Assembly (NCBI GenBank): GCA_003241475.1
Contig: QFQB01000001.1
Location: 24,997 to 88,996 of the forward strand
Direction: 5' to 3'
Length of the DNA: 64,000 nt
Origin: Micavibrio aeruginosavorus
GTDB taxonomy: Bacteria; Pseudomonadota; Alphaproteobacteria; Micavibrionales; Micavibrionaceae
Positions within the stretch are counted from its first letter, which is position 1. The number at the start of each line of letters is the position of its first letter. The translations under genes were made by a program, and so were the position numbers. Positions 17,301 through 24,780 of this stretch are shown piece by piece. Under the pieces are notes generated by a model. It saw only the letters and a list, made by a program, of their open reading frames with translations, ran no database searches and was not told the origin of the DNA.

Positions 17301-20300
17301 CCCCAGCACCACGCAGTTCCGTCTTTTTTGATGCCGCAACTCGTGTCAGGCCCGGCAGAAATATCAATCCAAAGGTCATCGCCAGATACTTCAGCAGGCG
17401 AGGAGACGCTTCCGCCACCTGTGCCGAGTTTTCCATTCGAGTTCGATCCCCAGCACCATGCTGTACCATCGGTACGAATACCGCAGGCATGATCTGTTCC
17501 GACGGAAACTTTCGTCCACATAAGCTCATCATCCGCAACATCGACGGCAACAGGAGATGTTTGGTCGCCAGCCCCGCCAGCGCCAAGCTGTCCGTTTGAA
17601 TCAGAACCCCAGCACCACACGCTCCCGTCCGTTTTTAATCCGCAGGTCGAGGTAGAACCAAAGCCGGTAGAGATATCCAGCCAGGGTCCCGCATCACTCA
17701 CTGGACTGGGCTGTTGCTGACTACCGCTAACGGCACCGTTACCAAGTTGTCCGCTACCGTCTTCGCCCCAGCACCACGCAGTTCCGTCTTTTCGCACCAT
17801 ACAGGCATGCTTTTCGGCAGAAGCCAGTTTGACCGGCGCAATATTCGCGCTCGATAGATTTTCCTCACGTACATCAGCAAGAGCCGTTGTAAAAGAATCG
17901 CCTGCCGATACATCGACGTAGCCAAAGCCGTAAGCGCGGACAGGTATGGAACTAGTTCCTGTGTGATCGCCTTTGCCCAACTGGCCACTTGTGTTGCTTC
18001 CCCAGCACCAGATTTCGCCGCCCTTGCGCAAGCCGCAGGCATGGGTGTTGCCAACGGAGACTTTTACAAAATCCGTGATGTTGGAGACTTGTGTAGGACG
18101 AACCTGATCGCTGGTTCCGCCATTCCCGATTTGTCCGTCATCGCCATTCCCCCAGCACCAGATCGTACCAGTACCCCGCACCGCACAACCTTTGTTGCCA
18201 TTGGTGTCTATATCAACGAAATTAGGTTCATCATCATCGTAAACAGCAACGGGCGAATTCTCCTGACCGGTTGCCGTGTCGTTACCCAGGCTTCCGTCAA
18301 CGCCTTCACCCCAGCAATAAGCTTCGCCTGTTTTGGTAATTCCGCAGGCCTGGTTTCCCGCATTCCGTGAGGCCGTGATGGAGACAAAGTCCGTGATGTC
18401 AGACACGATGGCTGGCGTGCTTTGGTTTGCCGTAGATCCGTTGCCGATGACACCTTTCGATCCAGTACCCCAGCAGGCGGCTTCCCCACTTTGACGTACG
18501 CCGCAGGCAAAATTCACGCCCGTAGCGATATCAACGAAATCGGTGTAGGTAGAAACTTCTATAGGTGTAGCGCTGGTCGTAGCGCTTCCACCACCGAGAC
18601 CACCGCTACCGTTGCCCCAACAGTAAGCATGGCCGTTGCGTTTGATCGCACAAGTGCGGTTTGCACTGGCCGAAACTTTTGAAACATTCGACAATTCTTG
18701 AACCTGCACAGGAACGCTGATGCTTGCCGCAGTCGTTTCACCGTTACCAAGCTTGCCGTCTGTCTGGTCACCCCAGCACCAGACCGTTCCGCCCGCGCGA
18801 ACGCCACAAGCATGTTTGGTGCCGGCCGAAACCTGCACAAAATCATAAGCGGAGACAACCGGTTGCAGTCCGTCGTGCTCTTGGTATATCGGACCGTTAC
18901 CCGTGCGCTCATCATCATCGATTCCCCATGCCATTGCTTGCGCCGGACGTTTGGGGCGGCTGAGGCTGACATCCGAAGGGCGCGCCTCATTGTATAGATC
19001 ATTAATATCAGCCGCCGACATCGCGTAGTTATAAATGCGGACATCGTCGATCATTCCGCTCATATACGGCCCGCCTGTGCCGCCCGATCCAATAAAAACC
19101 TTGTCGTTAACAGTTTTGGAATAGGCGATAGCATCTGTAAGCGTTTTGCTGTCCGCTAATTGTCCGTTGATGTAGATTTTTTGTTGTGGCGCTGTGGCTG
19201 AAGGGCTGTAAACACCTACGACATGAACCCATTGACCGTCGCCAGCAGAGCTTGTACCGGACAAAGTGCTTGTCGCACTCGCGGTCCCAATGCCGAACGT
19301 CGGGTAGTAAGATGTTCCCGATTTTTCAAGCGTGAGCGCATAGCTGTAGTTGGGACTACATCCGCTACTACAGCTTTTTGCAACAATAGTCGTGGATGTT
19401 GCTGGTGATCCTGTGCGTTTTACCCATGCAACAACTGTTACCGCCGTTGGCTCTAGACTAGCGCTTCGTTCAACGCTGACATACTGGGAACTGGCGGACG
19501 TAAATTGAAGCGCATTGCCCAGATATCCTGTTGTCCAGGCTGGCGCGTTGACGAGTGTTCCATTGTTGTTGCCGCTGGAATCGGATGCACTTGTTCCGCC
19601 CGTTTCATCCATTTGCCAGTACGATACCAACGTTCCTGTGAGGCTTGCATTTCCGCCGCCACTTTCGCTGGATGTGCCCACGCCCGATAGCGGCGTCCAG
19701 CCCAGCGATTGATCGCAAATTTCAATTGTAGGCGGGTTTGTGCCGGTGTTACGGCGTATCTGCTTGTCATTAACCGTGGCACAAGCGCCGGTCAAAGAAT
19801 TGTCGCCGGGGTCTCCGGGCAAACGAAGGCCCCCACCAGTTAAACTGTTACCGGTAAGAACGACACCACCCGCGATGGTCCCGCCCTGCTTAACTTCGAG
19901 CCCCTTGGGTGTGACGGCGGTTCCGCTGTCGTTCGCTTTAGGCTTCCAAAGGCCCGCGCCAAGATCGTTTGCTTCTCTATAGCTGTAGGCAAGAACGATG
20001 TCGTCGCTTCCGGGCGTGCGTGTAATCAACGATGCGTTCGGTGTCAATGCGTTGAACGCAGTGCAACTTGTCTGAAATTTACGATCCTTCCCTGCACTGA
20101 TGAGTGCGATAACATATTGCTTTTGATCCGATCCGCCTTGCAGGCGCCCTGGCGTTGCGCCGCCGCAGGCCGCAACAGCATCGGAAACGGATATCGATCC
20201 GACATCCCAGGCGCAATACCCGTAGCGTGTATTCCATGGATCCTTGTCATCAGGAACAAGGCCTGTCGGAAGATAGCCGCCGCCCACAGGACTTTCTGCG

Positions 20301-20632
20301 CCGCCCGCATCCGTATAGGGAAGCGGTTCGATCGAACCGTCGCTGTCGCAATCGGAAATATCGGCGTTGGTCAGAGTGTCTTTTTGCTGTGTCGCATTGA
20401 CGATGGCGAGACGCGAAGTCGTGATGACCGTATTTTCGGCCAGCGTTTTGCGCGTGACTTCCGTCATCGTGCTCATCGGGCCGCGCAAGACGCTGTTGAA
20501 TCCGTATCCTACCGCGCCGACCATGGCGAGGGCGGCAAAAAGCGCGAAGAAAATATTCCCCGCGTTGCGTGCAGGAGGATTGGATTCGCGTACCAAAGCA
20601 TGGATGTCTTTGTGCGCGAAGTATTTTTTCAT
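14372..20632 (-). CDS. giant modular surface protein 3 (pilin-like head, 2 LamG, 3 RCC1 propellers)
   Basis: The ORF track (14372..20704) begins at a TTG. The first ATG (20630-20632, MKKYFAHKD...) leaves 24 aa before the GN-hydrophobic anchor, as in protein 1. Modules (aa numbered from 20704): 47-75 anchor (AGNIFFALFAALAMVGAVGYG); 115-345 head (DPWNTRYGYCAWDVG, VIALISAGKDRKF); 358-572 LamG; 615-945 RCC1 x6; 955-1312 RCC1 x7; linker; 1400-1602 LamG; 1638-1704 fibre-tip-like motif; 1715-2110 RCC1 x7. Confidence 0.85.
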   Translation of the reverse strand: MKKYFAHKDIHALVRESNPPARNAGNIFFALFAALAMVGAVGYGFNSVLRGPMSTMTEVTRKTLAENTVITTSRLAIVNATQQKDTLTNADISDCDSDGSIEPLPYTDAGGAESPVGGGYLPTGLVPDDKDPWNTRYGYCAWDVGSISVSDAVAACGGATPGRLQGGSDQKQYVIALISAGKDRKFQTSCTAFNALTPNASLITRTPGSDDIVLAYSYREANDLGAGLWKPKANDSGTAVTPKGLEVKQGGTIAGGVVLTGNSLTGGGLRLPGDPGDNSLTGACATVNDKQIRRNTGTNPPTIEICDQSLGWTPLSGVGTSSESGGGNASLTGTLVSYWQMDETGGTSASDSSGNNNGTLVNAPAWTTGYLGNALQFTSASSQYVSVERSASLEPTAVTVVAWVKRTGSPATSTTIVAKSCSSGCSPNYSYALTLEKSGTSYYPTFGIGTASATSTLSGTSSAGDGQWVHVVGVYSPSATAPQQKIYINGQLADSKTLTDAIAYSKTVNDKVFIGSGGTGGPYMSGMIDDVRIYNYAMSAADINDLYNEARPSDVSLSRPKRPAQAMAWGIDDDERTGNGPIYQEHDGLQPVVSAYDFVQVSAGTKHACGVRAGGTVWCWGDQTDGKLGNGETTAASISVPVQVQELSNVSKVSASANRTCAIKRNGHAYCWGNGSGGLGGGSATTSATPIEVSTYTDFVDIATGVNFACGVRQSGEAACWGTGSKGVIGNGSTANQSTPAIVSDITDFVSITASRNAGNQACGITKTGEAYCWGEGVDGSLGNDTATGQENSPVAVYDDDEPNFVDIDTNGNKGCAVRGTGTIWCWGNGDDGQIGNGGTSDQVRPTQVSNITDFVKVSVGNTHACGLRKGGEIWCWGSNTSGQLGKGDHTGTSSIPVRAYGFGYVDVSAGDSFTTALADVREENLSSANIAPVKLASAEKHACMVRKDGTAWCWGEDGSGQLGNGAVSGSQQQPSPVSDAGPWLDISTGFGSTSTCGLKTDGSVWCWGSDSNGQLGAGGAGDQTSPVAVDVADDELMWTKVSVGTDHACGIRTDGTAWCWGSNSNGKLGTGGGSVSSPAEVSGDDLWIDISAGPDTSCGIKKDGTAWCWGSDSNGQLGNGAVLNTSQNTPSQVDDPGPWAKISAGKATCGLKNDGSVWCWGKDENGLIGNGSDITEDQTSPVRAFTNAPFMSIAAGVEHNCGTDIYGGAWCWGAGNNGRIGNGLNVAAQEIPVRVTGAQKFMTAQPGINASCATDVNENVWCWGTDTNGRLGNGSSFGSTTLPSKVLDTPTRSAWYANETSTGLSALWNLNPIIGTTRYISGDGTSTGLRLRSDGASITQSTANQLLLDARGTSYASQIRLNVASATASGDVTSGLVHRWKMDETYGTFVDDSVGTTDGGWAWSGVLTPATGVDNGALSFNGSSGFVLVTYNASLYLPLYTVSFWAKGYTAPTTGSVTSKMFDRNENFSVNWSHQWGYPITCEQNDGSGRVTSPVMPINMVANQWYFIVCSYDGTTLRMYIDGNQVSSVAAGTPVSAASNMGIGAGSNGSSPFNGAMDDVRMYNRALSASEIQQVYENTSQLYANRSVGLDYNTGSFEISRTTNNPDALVTSLQPDLEIGSTGNVGIRTKGAPATKLDVNGAIKIGNDGGGCTSGKVGTIQWTGSAWQYCRSGGSWRPWGTMTTTSVLMNTNSQANIAGVNGSCAVMSDGYAKCWGRAADGELGNGTTTPDATKAVTVHTSTGTPGWSDWKQVGSGGNHACGLRADGTTWCWGLGTNSQLGNNGSASSSRPVRVQNSDGSGAGYWSDWKQLSIARYYSCGLRSNGTLWCWGTDTNGSMGNGTTSSVNARPVQVKNSSGAGTWSDWTSVYGYYQQTCGIRTDGSAWCWGNGSNGQLGNGTTATTNNPLPIQVKNSGGGGNWTDWRMITAGAGMSCGIRADGTAWCWGGINNWGSRGDGLTTNNVSLPVQVKDSGGGSAYSDWLSLSAGGGQVCGIRANGSAYCWGLNANGQVGDSTSGTNRSLPVQVYDSAGTGYWYDWVQVIAGNSHTCGIRSSGTTWCWGNNSNGRLGNNSTSQSTIPVQVQFQ
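14375..15562 (-). repeat. RCC1-like blade array, 7 blades, WSDW type (C-terminus of giant protein 3)
   Basis: AKCWGRAADGELGNG ... TWCWGNNSNGRLGNN with PVQVK(N/D) and (W/Y)SDW spacers. Codons for C-W-G checked at 15482-15490. Confidence 0.85.
16769..17842 (-). repeat. RCC1-like blade array, 7 blades, GPW type (giant protein 3)
   Basis: AWCWGEDGSGQLGNGA through VWCWGTDTNGRLGNGS, with spacers GPWLDIS and GPWAKIS. Confidence 0.85.
17870..18862 (-). repeat. RCC1-like blade array, 6 blades, TDFV type (giant protein 3)
   Basis: VWCWGDQTDGKLGNGE, AYCWGNGSGGLGGGS, AACWGTGSKGVIGNGS, AYCWGEGVDGSLGNDT, IWCWGNGDDGQIGNGG, IWCWGSNTSGQLGKGD, with spacers (I/Y)TDFV. Confidence 0.8.
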
Positions 20633-20850
20633 AAAGCGTAGCAATGACAAACCCCAGCGAGCCGCCCCCTTCAAGCCGCGAATGGTTCGGACAAAATACC
20701 CCAACCTTTATTATCCGGCCTGAACGGTTAAAAACCGCTAAAATTTTAACTATTTAAGGATTGCGGGCGCAACCCATTGTAAGAGAACAAAAATATGAAA
20801 TCATTCACAGAACGATACACAGCCCTCTCATGCTACTAGAGAAAGGGGGG

Positions 20851-20885
20851 TTCGAAAAGAGGCGTTTGTACAAAAAACGCCCCCC
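20851..20885 (-). terminator. putative intrinsic terminator downstream of secB
   Basis: Minus strand reads GGCGTTT-TTTGTAC-AAACGCC (7-bp stem, 20861-20881) followed by TCTTTTCGAA, 25 nt after the secB stop. Confidence 0.45.
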
Positions 20886-20905
20886 GCTACTGGAGAAAAG
20901 AGGCC

Positions 20906-21388
20906 TTAGGCGGCGAGGCCGTCCGCATCCTTTTTGGCCGAATTGGCATACATGGCGCGGAAATCAATTGGGGTTAGCAACAATGGCGGAAATCCGCCGT
21001 TTGAGACGGCGCTGGCCAGCATCTGGCGGGCGAAGGGAAAGAGCATCTGGGGGATATCGACGTACAAAAGGGATTTGATTTGCGGTCCGGGTATGTCTTT
21101 CACGGTCACCAACGCCGCATAAACGATCTCTGCTATGAAGAGCGGTGCGCCATCGCGCAAGGAACGAACCGTTAGTTTAAGACTGGATTCGTAAAGATCG
21201 GGATTGGATTCGTCGTTGATCTTGGCGGCGTCGAGCACAATGTTCACATCCATATCGGGACGGCCCGCACCGGCGCGCAGGGAATCCGGCGCATTGGGAT
21301 TTTCAAAGGAAAAATCCTTCACATACTGCGCATGGACTTGCACAGGCAGGACGGGCAATTCGACATCGACGCGGGTTTGTTCGGCCAT
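20906..21388 (-). CDS. secB: protein-export chaperone SecB
   Basis: 160 aa. VQVHAQYVKDFSFENPNAP and LLYVDIPQMLFPFARQMLASAVSNGGFPPLLLTPIDF are typical SecB motifs. Confidence 0.95.
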   Translation of the reverse strand: MAEQTRVDVELPVLPVQVHAQYVKDFSFENPNAPDSLRAGAGRPDMDVNIVLDAAKINDESNPDLYESSLKLTVRSLRDGAPLFIAEIVYAALVTVKDIPGPQIKSLLYVDIPQMLFPFARQMLASAVSNGGFPPLLLTPIDFRAMYANSAKKDADGLAA

Positions 21389-21540
21389 AGTTCTTCTTTC
21401 TTGATAAGTCTAATCGTTATGGAGTTAGCACGGATAGGCCCCGGAGGTCCAGTGTCGCAACAAAGGGGGATAAAGTAGGAAAAACCTGTGCAAAATAGGT
21501 TTAAAACACGAAAAATATTTGGCGGATAACTTTGTTGAAA

Positions 21541-21996
21541 TCATGTGTTTTTTGGCGGAACATCATTAGGTTTTTCAATAAATTCCACACTTTCTTCCAC
21601 ACGTACATAGCTTCCGTCGATAACATCGCTGTCGGCGCCTGCAGATGTTGCTAGGGTGCCTTCGGGGATGTACTTGCGCAGTAATTGACGTATTTGTGGA
21701 ACAAGAAGAAAGAATGCCACGATATCACTGACAAAGCCCGGCAGAATCAAAAGCGCTCCCGCCGCAAAAAGGCAGAAGCCGTCAAAAATTTCATCCACAG
21801 GTACAGTTCCGCGATTAAGGGCAGTCTGAATTTTGATGAACGTTTCGAGCCCTTGTCTGCGGACAAGCCAGCTTCCGATGATCGCGGAAATCATCCACAG
21901 CAAGAAGGTTTTCACCAGTCCGATCTTGCTGATCACAGCAAAAAACACAAAAAATTCGAGAAGAAGTAGGCCGACAGCCCCTTGCCAGAAAAACAT
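21541..21996 (-). CDS. fxsA: FxsA family membrane protein
   Basis: From ATG 21994-21996: MFFWQGAVGLLLLEFFVFFAVISKIG...LPGFVSDIVAFFLLVPQIR, the usual ~150-aa FxsA layout. The longer ORF-track start (22182) adds a non-conserved leader. Confidence 0.8.
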   Translation of the reverse strand: MFFWQGAVGLLLLEFFVFFAVISKIGLVKTFLLWMISAIIGSWLVRRQGLETFIKIQTALNRGTVPVDEIFDGFCLFAAGALLILPGFVSDIVAFFLLVPQIRQLLRKYIPEGTLATSAGADSDVIDGSYVRVEESVEFIEKPNDVPPKNT

Positions 21997-22103
21997 ACGT
22001 GGTTTCCATGTCTTGCGTGGTTGTTTTTGTGCGTAAAAATCCCAGATTATAGAGGCCTGTACGCCTGTTAAACCCCTATTAGGACAAAGCTCTTTCCTTT
22101 TCA

Positions 22104-22898
22104 TTGAGAGTCTGTGATAAAGTAAGGAGACGGGGGGCGAATGCAACCAAAAACAAGGATTTTTCAGATTTGGACGCCACATTGATTATTTATGCGCTGG
22201 TTGCTGCCGGACTGGTTTTCTGGCTTCGGAGCGTACTTGGAACCCGCCATGGCGACGAACGCGAGCGCCCGAACCCGTTTACGACACCCGTAGAGGGTAA
22301 TCCTTCTGATCCCTTGACCGATCTTTCGGGTGATAAAGTCGTCACCTTGCCGCTCGCTGATGCCGGACGGCCATCTCTGCCGCGCAATGTAACATTGTCG
22401 GGAGCCGATGCCGAGCGCGTGCTGATGGAGATTTCCCGCGTTGACCGCGATTTCGATCTCGCCCGTTTTGCTACTGGTGCACAAGATGCTTTTGTTATGA
22501 TCGTTGAAGCCTTCGCGGCGGGCGATGAAGAAACATTGAAAGAGTTTTTGGAGCCGCAGGTTTTTGCGGCGTTCCAAAACGCCATCAAGGATCGCGCGGC
22601 GCGCGGCGAAAGCATGAGCACGGAAATTCACGCGGTTCGCAAAATGGACATCATGAATGTGTCGTTCGATGGCCGCAATGCGCATGTTACGGTGCGCTTT
22701 ATCGCCGATGAAACTTGCGTCATTAAAAACCGCGAGGGCGTAATTCTATCCGGCGATCCTGACCGTATCACGGAAATGAACGATATCTGGACATTCTCGC
22801 GCAACGTCAAAAATCGTGATCCGATGTGGTACTTGCAAGAGACACGCGACGGAGATGTGCAAGAAGATCACAAGACGCCCGTTCCGGACGCAGGTTGA
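22104..22898 (+). CDS. Tim44-like domain protein
   Basis: N-terminal TM segment (IIYALVAAGLVFWLRSVLG) followed by a C-terminal Tim44-like fold (FLEPQVFAAFQNAIKDRAARG ... WTFSRNVKNRDPMWYLQET). The start is uncertain: the ORF begins at TTG 22104, and TTG 22170 preceded by AAGGA is an alternative. Confidence 0.75.
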   Translation: MRVCDKVRRRGANATKNKDFSDLDATLIIYALVAAGLVFWLRSVLGTRHGDERERPNPFTTPVEGNPSDPLTDLSGDKVVTLPLADAGRPSLPRNVTLSGADAERVLMEISRVDRDFDLARFATGAQDAFVMIVEAFAAGDEETLKEFLEPQVFAAFQNAIKDRAARGESMSTEIHAVRKMDIMNVSFDGRNAHVTVRFIADETCVIKNREGVILSGDPDRITEMNDIWTFSRNVKNRDPMWYLQETRDGDVQEDHKTPVPDAG

Positions 22899-22971
22899 TA
22901 TTCCCCCCTGTTCGTAATGCCAAAGCCATGCGATAAAGACTCATCTTCTTTTTCGCAAAAGGTCTTGTCGT

Positions 22972-24144
22972 ATGAAAAAAATTCTTATCCTTTGCCTGGT
23001 CCTTATCACGAGCGGTTGCGCTGGTACAGGCACAACGACAAGCGGCGACGATAAAGCGCCGCTGGAACTGAAACCCGCCTCCTTTTCCGATCTTCCAGGA
23101 TGGGGCAATGACAGGCTGGACGGGTTTGTCGGCGCCTATCGTACCTCTTGCGCCCGCATCTTGAAAAAATCGCCAAGCGAGAAATTCTCCTCAAATTCTG
23201 CATTCGGCACATATGGGGAATGGCAGAAGCCATGCCGAGATATAGCATCTGTTGATGCCGGATCGCCTGCGGCTGTACGTTCTTTTCTCGAACGAAACTT
23301 CAAAGTCATGCGGGCGACCGCTGCTGGAAATCCCGAAGGATTATTCACGGGGTATTATGAATCCACGCTCAACGGATCGCGTATAAAGCACGGTGCGTTC
23401 CAATATCCTTTGCTGGGCCGTCCGTCCGATCTTGTGATGGTCGAGCTGGGCGATTTCCGCGAAGAGTTGAAGGGCCAAAGGATTGCGGGCCGCGTGCTTG
23501 ATGGGAAATTGAAGCCGTATGAAAGCCGTGCGCAGATCGAGGCTGGAAAACTGCCCGCGTCGCAATATCGCCCGATTGTCTATCTGGACGATCCGCATGA
23601 CGCGTTTTTCGTGCAGGTGCAAGGATCGGGCGTCGTGCATATGGATGATGGATCAATCATGCGGGTCGGCTATGACGGACAAAACGGCCATCCGTATTAC
23701 GCGATCGGACGCGAGCTTGTGAAGCGCGGCATTTATACCAAAGACGAGGTGTCGATGGATTCTATTCGCGCGTGGCTGACGCAAAATCCAGACAAGGCCG
23801 AAGAACTGATGAACACGAACCCGTCGTTTGTATTCTTTAAAGAACAGCCCAATGACGGCGCGGGCGCAGGCCCGCAAGGCGGTGAGGGCGTGGCTTTGAC
23901 GACCAAGCGCTCGCTCGCCATCGACCGCGGCAAGCTGCCCTATGGATTTCCGGTTTATCTCGATGCCGATTATGCGGATGAAACAGGCGCGAAGTTGCAG
24001 CGTTTGATGATGGCGCAGGACACCGGCGGCGCTATTCGCGGCGCGGTGCGCGGCGATGTATTCTGGGGCGGCGGCGCGATGGCCGAAAAAATGGCAGGCC
24101 CGATGAAGGCCAAGGGCCGCTATTATTTCCTGTTGCCGAAATAA
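22972..24144 (+). CDS. mltA: membrane-bound lytic murein transglycosylase A
   Basis: Lipoprotein signal MKKILILCLVLITSGC. MltA core (YYESTLNGS, FFVQVQGSG) and C-terminal 3D domain (AQDTGGAIRGAVRGDVFWG). Confidence 0.9.
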   Translation: MKKILILCLVLITSGCAGTGTTTSGDDKAPLELKPASFSDLPGWGNDRLDGFVGAYRTSCARILKKSPSEKFSSNSAFGTYGEWQKPCRDIASVDAGSPAAVRSFLERNFKVMRATAAGNPEGLFTGYYESTLNGSRIKHGAFQYPLLGRPSDLVMVELGDFREELKGQRIAGRVLDGKLKPYESRAQIEAGKLPASQYRPIVYLDDPHDAFFVQVQGSGVVHMDDGSIMRVGYDGQNGHPYYAIGRELVKRGIYTKDEVSMDSIRAWLTQNPDKAEELMNTNPSFVFFKEQPNDGAGAGPQGGEGVALTTKRSLAIDRGKLPYGFPVYLDADYADETGAKLQRLMMAQDTGGAIRGAVRGDVFWGGGAMAEKMAGPMKAKGRYYFLLPK

Positions 24145-24154
24145 GCGAACATGT

Positions 24155-24622
24155 TTAGTCGCTGTAAGGATCTTTGCGTAGAACTTTGTGGTAATAATCG
24201 CCGATTTTCTGATAGCCGCTGTCTTCGTACAAAGCGGCAGCGCGCGTCGCGCCGATATCCGTATCCAGTTCGATCAGATAGCATCCTTCTTCGAGCGCGC
24301 GTTCTTCGGCGAATTTAATCAGCTGCGAGCCGTATCCATGACCGCGATGCGCGGCATCGACGACGACATGTTCGATATAGCTGACAAATCCATCATGCAG
24401 ATTGTGGTTCGGACAAACGCCGATCACGCCTACCAACTCGCCGTCGGCTTCGCCCATGAACATGCGGTATCCTGTGGCGCGCGCAACGAAAACGCGGTGC
24501 GCGTAAGTCTGCATATCAAGTTGCGGAAAAAGCTGACGCACGATGGGATAGGAAAGATGGTAGTCCTCATCGGATCGCGCTTCGCGGATGGAGAGGATTT
24601 TTTCAGAATTTTGGTCGGTCAT
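24155..24622 (-). CDS. GNAT family N-acetyltransferase
   Basis: 155 aa with an acetyl-CoA binding motif VVVDAAHRGHGYGSQLIKFAEERA. Confidence 0.85.
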   Translation of the reverse strand: MTDQNSEKILSIREARSDEDYHLSYPIVRQLFPQLDMQTYAHRVFVARATGYRMFMGEADGELVGVIGVCPNHNLHDGFVSYIEHVVVDAAHRGHGYGSQLIKFAEERALEEGCYLIELDTDIGATRAAALYEDSGYQKIGDYYHKVLRKDPYSD

Positions 24623-24738
24623 GACACACGCGATTTACTTTTGTTTGTTAGGGTGAGACTAACACGCCGCGGCTCATTTTGTCGCTTCGAAAGCGAAAAT
24701 ATTCAGTAACTGATTGAAAGTTATTGGATTTCAGCATT

Positions 24739-24765
24739 AAAAAACCCCGCCATGGCGGGGTTTTT
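24739..24765. terminator. bidirectional intrinsic terminator after the TpsA gene
   Basis: AAAAAA-CCCCGCC-AT-GGCGGGG-TTTTT. The GC stem is flanked by an A-run and a T-run and lies 16 nt beyond the TpsA stop (24781). Confidence 0.7.
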
Positions 24766-24780
24766 CGCGTGTTTCAGATC

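Noticed and set aside
17022-17492. Plus-strand ORFs with recurring PQHHA(V/D)P / PAPRR peptides across 2.1-5.2, 9.0-10.3 and 14.5-18.4 kb
   Set aside because: The recurring peptide is simply the reverse-complement reading of the WCWG codons (tgg tgc tgg ggn) of the RCC1 blades. It has no independent coding signal.
1907-20632. The giant RCC1 proteins as Dot/Icm effectors (Legionella LegG1/PieG are RCC1-repeat effectors)
   Set aside because: All three have an N-terminal hydrophobic anchor and a pilin-like head, plus extracellular-type lectin modules with many Cys. That points to Sec-dependent surface display rather than cytoplasmic recognition by a T4BSS coupling complex. This cannot be excluded without experiments.
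20641-20657. GG-N10-GC element (TGGGGTTTGTCATTGCT on the minus strand) upstream of giant gene 3 as a sigma-54 promoter
   Set aside because: The -24 box is poor (GGGGTT against TGGCAC). The element ends only 9 nt before the ATG at 20632, which leaves no room for a transcript start and RBS.
1907-20704. Regularly spaced ~150-nt periodic repeats that might suggest a CRISPR-like or satellite array
   Set aside because: The period equals one RCC1 blade (~50 codons). The repeats are imperfect, lie in one long open frame and encode the CG.R..G..WCWG...G.LG.G consensus. They are protein repeats, not CRISPR.
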